DNA of 64,000 bases from Spirochaetia bacterium (GTDB lineage Bacteria; Spirochaetota; Spirochaetia; UBA9216), in assembly GCA_963675665.1 (NCBI GenBank), contig OY776510.1, forward strand, positions 480,001 to 544,000. The letters are read 5' to 3'. Numbering within the stretch: the stretch's first letter is position 1; each line of letters opens with the position of its first letter. The position numbers and the translations under genes are program-made. The notes beneath the pieces are model-generated. The model was not told the DNA's origin, ran no database searches, and saw only the letters and a program-made list of their open reading frames with translations. This document shows positions 11,020 to 20,141 of the stretch, piece by piece.

Positions 11020-11640
11020 ATGAAAACACTATATTTTATCCGCCATGCTGAAAGCGAAGCAAACAAAAAAAGAATACTCGGCAGCAGGTTGCCTTCTCCG
11101 CTTACTGACGCCGGCAAACGTGATTCTGAAAGAATTGCTGCGGAACTGAAACAACTTGCCGACATCGACTGTATTGTTTCATCGCCTCTTAAAAGGGCCG
11201 TTCAGACGGCCGAATCGTTCAGCGCCGTATTCAACCTTGATATCCGGCTGGACGACAGGATCACCGAGCATGAACTCGGGATATTCTCGGGCATGAGTTA
11301 TGACGAGGTAAAAACGCACCCCGATTACGAAAACGACACGCTTAAACGGTGGAACTGGCAGCCTGAAGGCGGCGAATCATATTCCATGATTGCAGACAGG
11401 GTTGTTGATTTTCTAAACGGTATAAATAACTATAAGGATGCCGAAAACATACTGGTTGTTACACATGCAGTGTCGCTGAGAATGATACTGGCGGCTCTTA
11501 AGAACACTCTGCCGGATTATCCGAAAGACTTTCCGAACAACGGGGAAATCCTTAAAGTCAGATTCTCCGGCCTCGGGAAGGTTTACGAAACCGAATCGAT
11601 ATTTCTCGGCAACAGCAGGGATTTCAACCACAATCCTTAA
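11020..11640 (+). CDS. Histidine phosphatase family protein (phosphoglycerate mutase-like)
   Basis: FIRHAES (RHG variant), SSPLKRAVQTA, GGES, LVVTHA. Confidence 0.9.
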   Translation: MKTLYFIRHAESEANKKRILGSRLPSPLTDAGKRDSERIAAELKQLADIDCIVSSPLKRAVQTAESFSAVFNLDIRLDDRITEHELGIFSGMSYDEVKTHPDYENDTLKRWNWQPEGGESYSMIADRVVDFLNGINNYKDAENILVVTHAVSLRMILAALKNTLPDYPKDFPNNGEILKVRFSGLGKVYETESIFLGNSRDFNHNP

Positions 11641-11729
11641 ATCAAATATACTATAATAAAACATTCCGCCCGAAACCGGTTTCCTGTTTTAATTTGACAA
11701 TCCAATCGGCAAGTGGTAGATTTTTTTCA

Positions 11730-12644
11730 ATGATGAACCATCTGCTTTTCTGGGGTTATATTATTGCGGGAACCCTCGGGGTTTCCGTGATCATTATTTC
11801 CGCTTTTCTTTCCGTAAAATATGATATACGGCCGTTGTTCCGTTATTCCGTCTTTCTCGGGCTTCTGGGCCTTCTCTTTTTTACTGAAATTCTGGAATTA
11901 TATTCGGCAATAGCAAAGATTCCATTCTATACATCCAATTCACAGATCAATATTATTTCCTATATTACTCTTATCTTTGTTATTTCCGTTTATTTCCCGT
12001 TTTTCATTACCAGATTTAGAGCAGACGCTTCACCCAAAAAAGAGATTATACTGATCATTTTTCCGGCCCTTTTGTTTGCTGCGGTATTGGTCCTTTATTT
12101 TTCAGGCGTAGCGCTGTTTGTTCTGGCCGATATAGCCGATATTCTGTTTTTTGTTATCATATGCAGCTGGGTAATTTATTTTCTTAAAAACATGTATTAT
12201 CTGCCGGGCCCCGGGCATAAGGTTAAATTCAGAACCTTGCTCCTGATTATACTGTTTTTTGTTCCCTTTTCAGTTTTGAACATTTTCTTCCCGTCGGCGG
12301 ATGCAACGGGAAAACCCGATTTCGTATCAATTCCCTTTCTGATTTTCTACTTCGGATGGAACCTCCTGAATTTAATTTATGCCCTTAAAATATTTTTTCA
12401 GCCCGGCGAAAAAAACCCCCTTAAGGAAAAAATCACATCCTTTGCGGCAGCATACCGACTAAGCAGAAGAGAAAAAGAAATCGTATCACTGATAGTAAGC
12501 GGTGAAAGCAATAAAAGCATCGGTTTCGCACTTAATATTTCAGAACGGACGGTAAAAAACCATATATACAACATCTATAAGAAAGCAGAGGTACAGAGCC
12601 GGACGGAACTATTCGTCAAACTTTACAAACAGGTTTCGTCTTAA
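11730..12644 (+). CDS. Membrane-anchored LuxR-family transcriptional regulator (about 7 TM plus C-terminal HTH)
   Basis: Multiple TM helices, then LSRREKEIV...SNKSIGFALNISERTVKNHIYNIYKK. Confidence 0.88.
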   Translation: MMNHLLFWGYIIAGTLGVSVIIISAFLSVKYDIRPLFRYSVFLGLLGLLFFTEILELYSAIAKIPFYTSNSQINIISYITLIFVISVYFPFFITRFRADASPKKEIILIIFPALLFAAVLVLYFSGVALFVLADIADILFFVIICSWVIYFLKNMYYLPGPGHKVKFRTLLLIILFFVPFSVLNIFFPSADATGKPDFVSIPFLIFYFGWNLLNLIYALKIFFQPGEKNPLKEKITSFAAAYRLSRREKEIVSLIVSGESNKSIGFALNISERTVKNHIYNIYKKAEVQSRTELFVKLYKQVSS

Positions 12645-13748
12645 TACATGAATCCTTACAATTGAACCGGTAGCAAAAACTGCAACGCAAACAATAAATA
12701 ATACAGCCTCCCTGAAAAACGGTTTAATCATAATATAAAATTTGACAATCAAAGCGGAGACAACGGTGACTCCGAAGGAGATGAGCAATACCGTTCCCGT
12801 TGATAAACATCCGTGGGGAATCAGCAATCGCATCCATCCTATTATCATCCAGTGAATAACATAAAAAGACGTCAGGTATTTCCCCAAGAATGAAAGAAAC
12901 CCTGTTTTCAATTTTGCCGGAAAGATTCTGTCGATAAAACCGATTAGAAAACTCCATACAAGTACAAACCCTCCGATAGCAAAAAGTCCGGCTGCTTTCA
13001 TCTGCCCGTAATCATTAAAAAAGCGATCAAAATCCTTAACAAGGGGAACTATTGCGACTGTTATTGCAGCACATCCGGTTGTAAATAAAAACAGATAGTA
13101 ACGCTTTGAGATTATATTCAATAATTTTCCAAACACCATACCCTGCAGGGGGAAAAACAGCCAGGGAAACAACGGAAAGGTGACCAGGTCATGATCATTG
13201 CCCCAGAGAGGCTCAATTATTCTTCCCAATACCGGAATTCCCTCGCCGCGGCCCCACAGAAACGGAGAGAAAAAGGCAATAACGCATGCAATCAATTCCC
13301 ATATCCACAATTTCCGTGAAAACCGGGAAATCAGACTCATGCATATGAATGCAAGTCCCGCAAAGATCAGGATATCAACCGTAAGAAAAAGATATTCATA
13401 GGTATACATCGGCGAGAAATGATCTGCCGGCAGCTGCAAAAATTCTTTGCCGATAAAGACAGGAACTACGCCCCTGAAAAAATTTAAAAGATATCCGATA
13501 AACAGCAGCTGAATGCCCCTTTTAATATTTCCCGGCAGATCCATGAAATCTTTCCGGGCAAAAAGAAATCCCATGATAACCATAAAAACAGGAGCCGCCG
13601 GCGGTCCGCCAAGGAAATCAATCAGAACTCTTGAGGTTTCTCTCGGACCGTCGAAATCGGCAAAAACATTCATCACATGGACCATCACCATAAAAACGAC
13701 AGCCAGCCCCCGCAGGACATCAAGAATCCCGAACCGTTGTTTATTCAT
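12609..13748 (-). CDS. DUF1624 / HGSNAT-like membrane acyltransferase-family protein
   Basis: RFGILDVLRGLAVVFMVMVH, AAPVF, FPLFPWL, YVIHW; polytopic membrane protein. Confidence 0.8.
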   Translation of the reverse strand: MNKQRFGILDVLRGLAVVFMVMVHVMNVFADFDGPRETSRVLIDFLGGPPAAPVFMVIMGFLFARKDFMDLPGNIKRGIQLLFIGYLLNFFRGVVPVFIGKEFLQLPADHFSPMYTYEYLFLTVDILIFAGLAFICMSLISRFSRKLWIWELIACVIAFFSPFLWGRGEGIPVLGRIIEPLWGNDHDLVTFPLFPWLFFPLQGMVFGKLLNIISKRYYLFLFTTGCAAITVAIVPLVKDFDRFFNDYGQMKAAGLFAIGGFVLVWSFLIGFIDRIFPAKLKTGFLSFLGKYLTSFYVIHWMIIGWMRLLIPHGCLSTGTVLLISFGVTVVSALIVKFYIMIKPFFREAVLFIVCVAVFATGSIVRIHVLRRNLFVKFDE

Positions 13749-13793
13749 TTTTCACTCCTGCAGGCATTATCAGGGAATGAAATAATCATATAA

Positions 13794-13847
13794 ATGGGAA
13801 ATTAGTACCGGACAACCGGGATTTTGTATGGGAAAAAAGTACCGGTC
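13794..13847. repeat. Imperfect 20-bp direct repeat upstream of the DUF1624 gene (candidate regulator sites)
   Basis: ATGGGAAATTAGTACCGGAC (13794-13813) and ATGGGAAAAAAGTACCGGTC (13828-13847), 17/20 identical. Confidence 0.65.
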
Positions 13848-13898
13848 TTCCTTCTTCAGACCGGTCGGTCAATACCGCCGCCTACAGCGCCTGAAAAT

Positions 13899-14096
13899 CT
13901 ACTCATCCTCAAAAATAAACAGTTCGTCAATCGTACTTCCCAGCTGTTTTGCAATCCGGTGCGCAAGCTGAAGCGACGGGTTATAATTACCTTTTTCAAT
14001 AAAACTGATGGTCTCACGCCGGGCCCCTACGAGTTGGCCAAGCTGCTGCTGGGTAAGGTCAAAACGCGCCCTGAATTCCCTGATTCGCGTTCTCAT
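13899..14096 (-). CDS. XRE/Cro-CI family HTH transcriptional regulator
   Basis: [36 protein letters not shown]...IDELF. Confidence 0.92.
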   Translation of the reverse strand: MRTRIREFRARFDLTQQQLGQLVGARRETISFIEKGNYNPSLQLAHRIAKQLGSTIDELFIFEDE

Positions 14097-14482
14097 TCAG
14101 CCTTGAGTTTCCTTAGATATACAAACCTTGAAATATGAAACGAAAACACCATTCCGAGAAGCAGATAGGTTACAAGAACCTCAAACGAAGGCTTCCAGCC
14201 GCCCAAAAAGTTTATCCAGCAGAATATGAATATTACTGCAACAGTAACAAGCCACGAATTTCTGTAGCTCTTAAGCGCAATAAGAACAGTCAATTCGTCA
14301 TATTCAACAATATTCAGCCTTTTCTGTTTACTGCTTCTGACGGCATTAATTATCATGAATACACCGATAACCGTTGCGAAGGTTATTATCTCAATACTGA
14401 AATCAGTATAGATCAAACCGAAGACAGTCAGCGCCCCGGCAAAACCATACGATACAACAGAGACAACCTGCTTCCTGTTCAT
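14093..14482 (-). CDS. Small membrane protein (DUF2178-like), coupled to the XRE gene
   Basis: 4 TM with a YDE motif (VEYDELT); ATGA overlap with the XRE gene, a common two-gene arrangement. Confidence 0.72.
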   Translation of the reverse strand: MNRKQVVSVVSYGFAGALTVFGLIYTDFSIEIITFATVIGVFMIINAVRSSKQKRLNIVEYDELTVLIALKSYRNSWLVTVAVIFIFCWINFLGGWKPSFEVLVTYLLLGMVFSFHISRFVYLRKLKAE

Positions 14483-14511
14483 TCCACACCCCTGTTAATT
14501 ATTTATAACTA

Positions 14512-14547
14512 TATGTTAATTATATCTAACATAAGGGATATTGTCAA
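14512..14547 (-). promoter_or_regulatory. Consensus sigma70 promoter with overlapping palindromic operator
   Basis: Minus strand TTGACA (14547-14542), 17 nt, TATAAT (14524-14519). Palindrome TATGTTA-N8-TAACATA (14512-14533) straddles the -10. Confidence 0.8.
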
Positions 14548-14596
14548 ATTCAAAATTCTACTTTCTCGGATTTTGATATACATCTCCATGGTATCC

Positions 14597-14635
14597 CTTT
14601 CCTTTCTGAAAGAGTTGGAATTTCAGAAAGGAAAG
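14597..14635. repeat. Perfect 15-bp inverted repeat
   Basis: CTTTCCTTTCTGAAA-N9-TTTCAGAAAGGAAAG. Confidence 0.7.
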
Positions 14636-15019
14636 AGTGTCGAACAGCAGTACAAAAAGACTGGAAAGATAAAAATAAAAGTGCCCTCGACATATCGACC
14701 TTGGGCGCCTAACTCCTTAAGAAGGATTGAGTTGCAATATAGTTCGTGATTATATAATATTTAAACGTTTGCTCCATGACATTATCATCAAGAACCTTTA
14801 ACTGTAACTAGAATTTTCGCTATAATGCTAAAGAGCTATACGACAAGTTATTAAGTTTGAACATAAAACTATATACCCCAGCTGTAATTCTTTCAAAAAA
14901 ATGATTTATATAAACCATATTAGATTGAGCAGATACGTTTCAACGTAAAATAACACAGGCATTGAAAGGAATTCATTACAATGATCTCTTATGTGACATA
15001 TTATTTTTTCTGCAATTTA

Positions 15020-15061
15020 CAGTTGCCCGCCGTAAACACTTAAGCTTATGGCGGACAACTG
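15020..15061 (-). terminator. Stem-loop at the end of the 15.1-21.2 kb operon
   Basis: CAGTTGCCCGCCGTAA...TTATGGCGGACAACTG, about 25 bp past the dehydrogenase stop; no clear U tract. Confidence 0.55.
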
Positions 15062-15084
15062 ACGGTTAGAGACACATTATATTT

Positions 15085-16095
15085 TTACTCGAAACAAATA
15101 TATACTTTGATCTGGTTCTTTGTATTCTTGGCTTTTTCAAATCCAAGGTTAATATCTTCCAGCCTTACCCTGTCAGTAATAAAAAGATCTGCGGGCATTT
15201 TCCCCTGTGCGATGATATCAAGGCCTCCGCGTATATTACCCTTCATCTGCGCCTTGACCGTAACTTGTTTAACCATCCAGCTAAGCGGCTTAATCTCCGC
15301 CGGTTCTACAGACATGCCAACAATCATTACAGTCCCGCCGATCTTTACCATGTCCACACTTTGTTGAATTGTAAAGTTGTTTCCAACACAGTCGAATACC
15401 ACGGCTGCTCCACCACCGGTTTTCAACATTGCGTCAACACGGATATCGCTACTGGAAGGATCGAACACTTCGTCGGCGCCAAGCTTCTTTGCAAGTTCCC
15501 TTCGTTCGGCTACAGGTTCACTAACAATAACCTTCGATGCGCCGAACACTTTTGCTGCGATTATGGTAGAGAGGCCTATAGCACCGCCACCTACGATCAT
15601 GACCGAATCGCCTGCTTTCATTGGCGAATTTTCGATTGCGCCAACTGCAACACCGATTGTATCGGCCAGCGCGGCTTCCTCATCGGTAACATGTTCCGGA
15701 ATGCGCAACAAGTTTTCCGGCTTAAGTAATATATATTCTCCAAAACCGCCGGCATTTACAGCCTTATGCCCAGCCAAAGCACTAGCTGGGTCTGCCAGAA
15801 ATGCTTTTATAAAGTCTACGCTTAGCGGCGGATTACTGCCCGACATACCCAACAAAACCGCACGGTCTCCCGCCTTCCAGTCTGAAACTTCCTTACCTAC
15901 AGCCTCAACCGTTCCCGCCCATTCGTGCCCAGGCGTTACACCAAGAGGTGTATTTTTAATATTGTAGATATGCAAATCCGATCCGCATATACCACAGCAG
16001 GTTACTTTTACAAGCACTTCCCCATTTCCCGGAACCGGCGTAGGGACTTCTACGACATCAAAATGTCCAACACTTGCTAATACTGGTTTCTTCAT
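15085..16095 (-). CDS. Zn-dependent medium-chain dehydrogenase (lacks the structural-Zn Cys cluster)
   Basis: CGICGSDLH, GHEWAG, Rossmann GGGAIG; no Cys4 lobe after GDRA. Confidence 0.9.
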   Translation of the reverse strand: MKKPVLASVGHFDVVEVPTPVPGNGEVLVKVTCCGICGSDLHIYNIKNTPLGVTPGHEWAGTVEAVGKEVSDWKAGDRAVLLGMSGSNPPLSVDFIKAFLADPASALAGHKAVNAGGFGEYILLKPENLLRIPEHVTDEEAALADTIGVAVGAIENSPMKAGDSVMIVGGGAIGLSTIIAAKVFGASKVIVSEPVAERRELAKKLGADEVFDPSSSDIRVDAMLKTGGGAAVVFDCVGNNFTIQQSVDMVKIGGTVMIVGMSVEPAEIKPLSWMVKQVTVKAQMKGNIRGGLDIIAQGKMPADLFITDRVRLEDINLGFEKAKNTKNQIKVYICFE

Positions 16096-17033
16096 TAATT
16101 CATCCTTAATAAGTTAAATTGTTTATTCATGAACTTACCGATCCGTTCAACAGCCTGCAATCCTTCGGGCAATATCGACGAAAAGACTTGAAATACATGA
16201 AAGAGTTCATCCCAAATTTCCAATGTAACATTAACACCCTGTGCAGCCAGTCGATCGTAAAGCTCAGTAGAATCTTCCAGCAGCCTCTCATTACCGCCCA
16301 CCTGGATTAATACGGGCGGCGCACCAGCAAAATCACCGTTTATTGGTGAAATCATCCGGTCGGAAAAGTCATGTCCATCTGCATACAACATCGCCTTGAA
16401 CCATAAGTCGTTTTTTGTAATATCCGGGCCTTTGTAGCGTTCAATCAACTCCTCAGTGGTCGCTTCCGTTTTCGTCCAGGGAGAAAGCAACACGACTGCT
16501 GCTGGAAGTGGCTGCTTCTCTTCTAACAGCGTTAGCAATAAAGCAAGCACAAGCCCCCCGCCGGCTGAATCACCCGAAAGGATGACCTGCCGGGGTTGAA
16601 TATCCTGCTGCAGTAACCATTTATAAGCTGTGTAAACATCCTCAAGCGCCGCAGGAAACGGATGCTCAGGCGCAAGCCGGTAATCAGGTATAATCGACTG
16701 AGCGTTTGCTTTTTCTGCTATTACAGCAGCCAATTCACGGTGTGAATTGAGCGAACCAAACAAATACGCACCACCGTGAAGGAAAAGCACGATCCGGCTT
16801 TCGTCGCAATTCAGAGGAAGAATACTTTCTCCTGATACGCCGTTCATATCGATTGATTTAACTCTGACGCTTTCTTTAATCGGAGCCAATACAGCGAGCT
16901 TATCAAGTCTTGCTCGGCTCGCCTGTATATCTACAGTTCCATCAGGCGGTTCATTGCTGCTGCCGCCCGACATATCGATAATCTTTTGAACAATAGGCAA
17001 GCTTTGTTCCGAAACAGAAACATGTGACATCAT
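16095..17033 (-). CDS. Alpha/beta hydrolase, hormone-sensitive-lipase family esterase
   Basis: HGGAY oxyanion motif, YRLAPEHPFPA, GDSAGG nucleophile, C-terminal HVF. Confidence 0.92.
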   Translation of the reverse strand: MMSHVSVSEQSLPIVQKIIDMSGGSSNEPPDGTVDIQASRARLDKLAVLAPIKESVRVKSIDMNGVSGESILPLNCDESRIVLFLHGGAYLFGSLNSHRELAAVIAEKANAQSIIPDYRLAPEHPFPAALEDVYTAYKWLLQQDIQPRQVILSGDSAGGGLVLALLLTLLEEKQPLPAAVVLLSPWTKTEATTEELIERYKGPDITKNDLWFKAMLYADGHDFSDRMISPINGDFAGAPPVLIQVGGNERLLEDSTELYDRLAAQGVNVTLEIWDELFHVFQVFSSILPEGLQAVERIGKFMNKQFNLLRMN

Positions 17034-17035
17034 TG

Positions 17036-18481
17036 CTAAATCTCCACAGCATTAACTGCATTTCTCTCATCAATTTTCTGTCGGATCTCATTATGACGTT
17101 TTTCGTTAATATCATATTTTATTGTGGCAAAGATTCCAATGGCGAGATATAACGTATTACCGAATGCCATGATCATCCTAATCGCATTCAGCGCAGATGC
17201 TGGTTGTACACTTCCTCCTGTATAACCTGCTTTTTGAAGAATGAACATAACAGGAAGTAATCCGATTGCAGTTGCTATCTTTCCAACCATACTCCATGTT
17301 CCATACAGCAGGCCTTCACGCCGCTGCCCGGTAACAAGTTCATCCAGGTCAGCCACATCAGCAAGCATAGAAGCCGGAAGAATATGATTGCTTCCCCAGC
17401 CCATACCGCCGATAAAAAACGTGAGAAGCGGCAGCCAGATGGGTACTGTTTGCGGATAAAACACAAATGGTACAAATCCTAAAATCCATGCCACCAGGCT
17501 GACAATGTGAGCAAAACGTTTGCCTTTTCTTTTCACAATGCGACTAAAGAAAGGAGTTGCTGCTGCCCAACCGCCACATAAGGCTACCGCAAACGCAGAC
17601 ATAATCATATCCGTCCGCCCCAACCAATATGTCACGTAGTAGATAATAAAGCTTTCAAGTGTTATGCATCCTATCTTGTATACAAAATAAATTACATTTA
17701 CCCAACGAAACGGTTTGTTCTTAATCAGGGGCAGAAGCATTTCCTTTATGCCATATTTTTTTTGAGGTTTTTCGAGTATAGCACGTTCTTTAACCTTGAA
17801 AACAAGTGGAAGAACGACAAGGCCGCTGACTAAAGCCATAGACAGCCCCATCATGGTATAGCCTTTTCGCGCATCACTCATTGAGGTAATAATCATTAAG
17901 GGGATGACTGCCGCAACACACGAAAATACCATACCGATCAACTCACGGATATTTGATATACTTGTCCGTTCGTTATAGTCGGTAGTCAATTCAATGCCCA
18001 GCGAATAATAGGGAACCGTAACAACAGTGGCCGCGGTTGTAAACATAAAGAATATAAAACCATAGTACCATACAGTAACCGTAGCATTGCTGAACATAAT
18101 TGGAACCCATAACAGACAGAAAAACACACTGGTCGGAATTGTACCCCATGCAATATAGGGGATACGGCGTCCCCATTTCGATTTAGTCCTGTCCGAAATT
18201 ACGCCCATTATAGGATTATTAATAGCATCCCAAAGTCGCGGTACCATTACGACGATTGATGCGGCGATAGGTGATATCTTGACAATATCCGTAAGATAAA
18301 AAAGAAAAAATGTTCCAAGAACCGCATAGGTTAAGCCTTCGTTTCCCCTGCCAAGACCGTAAATGAACTTTTTCCAAAATGAGATCTTGCCGGAAAAGCT
18401 CTCACTCTCATTTTGGGTCGAGTTGAACTGTTTCTTTTCCAAAGTAACCACACCCTTTCCAGTTTCATTCCATCGGGACAC
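17036..18481 (-). CDS. MFS glycoside-pentoside-hexuronide (GPH):cation symporter
   Basis: WDAINNPIMGVISDRTKSKWGRRIPY, ELTTDYNERT, MLADVADLDE...GQRREG; about 12 TM. The true start may be a few codons downstream. Confidence 0.9.
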   Translation of the reverse strand: MSRWNETGKGVVTLEKKQFNSTQNESESFSGKISFWKKFIYGLGRGNEGLTYAVLGTFFLFYLTDIVKISPIAASIVVMVPRLWDAINNPIMGVISDRTKSKWGRRIPYIAWGTIPTSVFFCLLWVPIMFSNATVTVWYYGFIFFMFTTAATVVTVPYYSLGIELTTDYNERTSISNIRELIGMVFSCVAAVIPLMIITSMSDARKGYTMMGLSMALVSGLVVLPLVFKVKERAILEKPQKKYGIKEMLLPLIKNKPFRWVNVIYFVYKIGCITLESFIIYYVTYWLGRTDMIMSAFAVALCGGWAAATPFFSRIVKRKGKRFAHIVSLVAWILGFVPFVFYPQTVPIWLPLLTFFIGGMGWGSNHILPASMLADVADLDELVTGQRREGLLYGTWSMVGKIATAIGLLPVMFILQKAGYTGGSVQPASALNAIRMIMAFGNTLYLAIGIFATIKYDINEKRHNEIRQKIDERNAVNAVEI

Positions 18482-20117
18482 AAGCCCCTCCAGTTGTTCT
18501 CTTAATAGATATTGAATTATCGGTTCGCACGTTTACCAAATACGGCTTATCAGATGCCAGCATCCGATCGAGCGCTGCGCTTAGTTCACTGAATTTCGTT
18601 ACCAGCTCACCCTTGCCACCGAGGCCTTCAAGCATTTTATGATAGAGGATTTCGTTTAGTTCGGTTCCCTCACCCTTGGCATAACCATAGATTCTCATAA
18701 AGAAATTCTGAATATTGCCCCAAGCAGAGTCGTTGGCTACAACAATTTTCACGGGGACATCGTAGCGAAGTGCTGTATTCATTTCCATAGCTGAAAACCC
18801 TAATGAACCATCACCCGTAACCAGCACAACTTGCTTATCGGGATAAGCCATCTTGAGTGAAATAGCAGCTGGCAGACCATAGCCCAGATGACCAAGTGTC
18901 GGTGGGAATGACAAGCCGTTTGTTATATTGGAATTCATGTACCAACCCGAATGAAATGACGTTTCACCCCCGTCAGCAACAACGATCGCATCTCCATTCA
19001 GTTTTTGATTAACTGTCACACATAGATCAATTAAGTCAATAGACTCTTTTGGAAGCTTACCAACGCTCGCTATATGTGCTTTGGCAACGGGATTGTAAAA
19101 CTCTGGCGGCCAACCCTGCATTTTTTTTGACGGGTTGTAATTTTTTAGACAGTCCAGCATTTGGATCAACACCATTTTTAAATCTCCAACAATGCCTATA
19201 TCCGCACAACGGTTATGACCGATTTCCGAGGCATCAATGTCAACCTGTATAAGTTTCGAGTTGGCTGGAATTAACGGATCCTTGCCGAAATTAAGACTCC
19301 AGTCAATTTGCGTACCAAGAACCATGATCACATCAGCCTGTGTCAACGCATATATCGGAGCAGCATTTTTACTATTATCGGGCACAATACCGCGTGCAAA
19401 TTTCCACGTCGCGGCCGGAACACCGCTTTTTTCACAGAAGTCGTTTAGCTCTTTTTCTGCATCAGCATAAATAGCGCCGGTACCTACCAGAAGCATTGGA
19501 CGCTGTGCGTTCAACAATAGTGACAGGGCTTCTTCTACCAACTTTGGATCGCCGAACGGCTTCGCTTTCGTGCGGTAACGCAATTCAGGAAGTTCATCCT
19601 CTTCGATTTTATATTCTTCCTCTGTAGCAATGTTTTTGGGGATATCCAAAAATGTTACACCAGGGCGGCCGCTTGTTGCCATACGAATGGCCGTTCCCAC
19701 CATTTCTGGAATGCGGTATGCATTGTGAACAGTCTTTGCCCATTTTGTAATCGGCTGTACAATCGCGAGTTGGTCCAGCTCCTGCGCGTCTTCCATATCC
19801 TCCGTTAATTCGGATGAACGTCCGGATAACACGACAACCGGCGACTTTGCTTTATATGCAGCAATCATACCCGGTACTGCATTTGCAACACCAGGGCCTG
19901 CAGTAACGAGCACTACACCAATATGGTGTGTTGCACGCGCCCACGCTTCCGCCATATGAACGGCGCTTTCTTCATGATGTGTACCAATAAACTCGATACC
20001 GCTATTCACAATACCTTTAATCATGGTCGCGACATGTCCGCCGCAAAGACCAAACACACGAGTAACCCCCTCTTGCTTTAGTACTCGACCTATAAGTTCT
20101 CCTGCATAGACTTTCAT
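18465..20117 (-). CDS. Thiamine-diphosphate-dependent enzyme (ALS-like fold; 2-hydroxyacyl-CoA lyase / benzaldehyde lyase-like)
   Basis: FGLCGGH, HHEESAVHMAEAWAR, TAGPG, ThDP motif GDGSLGF...VVANDSAWG. Confidence 0.88.
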   Translation of the reverse strand: MKVYAGELIGRVLKQEGVTRVFGLCGGHVATMIKGIVNSGIEFIGTHHEESAVHMAEAWARATHHIGVVLVTAGPGVANAVPGMIAAYKAKSPVVVLSGRSSELTEDMEDAQELDQLAIVQPITKWAKTVHNAYRIPEMVGTAIRMATSGRPGVTFLDIPKNIATEEEYKIEEDELPELRYRTKAKPFGDPKLVEEALSLLLNAQRPMLLVGTGAIYADAEKELNDFCEKSGVPAATWKFARGIVPDNSKNAAPIYALTQADVIMVLGTQIDWSLNFGKDPLIPANSKLIQVDIDASEIGHNRCADIGIVGDLKMVLIQMLDCLKNYNPSKKMQGWPPEFYNPVAKAHIASVGKLPKESIDLIDLCVTVNQKLNGDAIVVADGGETSFHSGWYMNSNITNGLSFPPTLGHLGYGLPAAISLKMAYPDKQVVLVTGDGSLGFSAMEMNTALRYDVPVKIVVANDSAWGNIQNFFMRIYGYAKGEGTELNEILYHKMLEGLGGKGELVTKFSELSAALDRMLASDKPYLVNVRTDNSISIKRTTGGACVPME

Positions 20118-20141
20118 ATAAATGCTCCTCCTTTAATATTG

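Noticed and set aside
14135-14749. 204-aa plus-strand ORF
   Set aside because: Overlaps the DUF2178-like gene antisense and runs across its promoter; composition is not protein-like.
18465-20117. Biosynthetic acetolactate synthase (ilvB)
   Set aside because: Lacks the FGYPGG, TGQV and MVRQWQ motifs and has no ilvN/ilvC neighbours; the context is catabolic.
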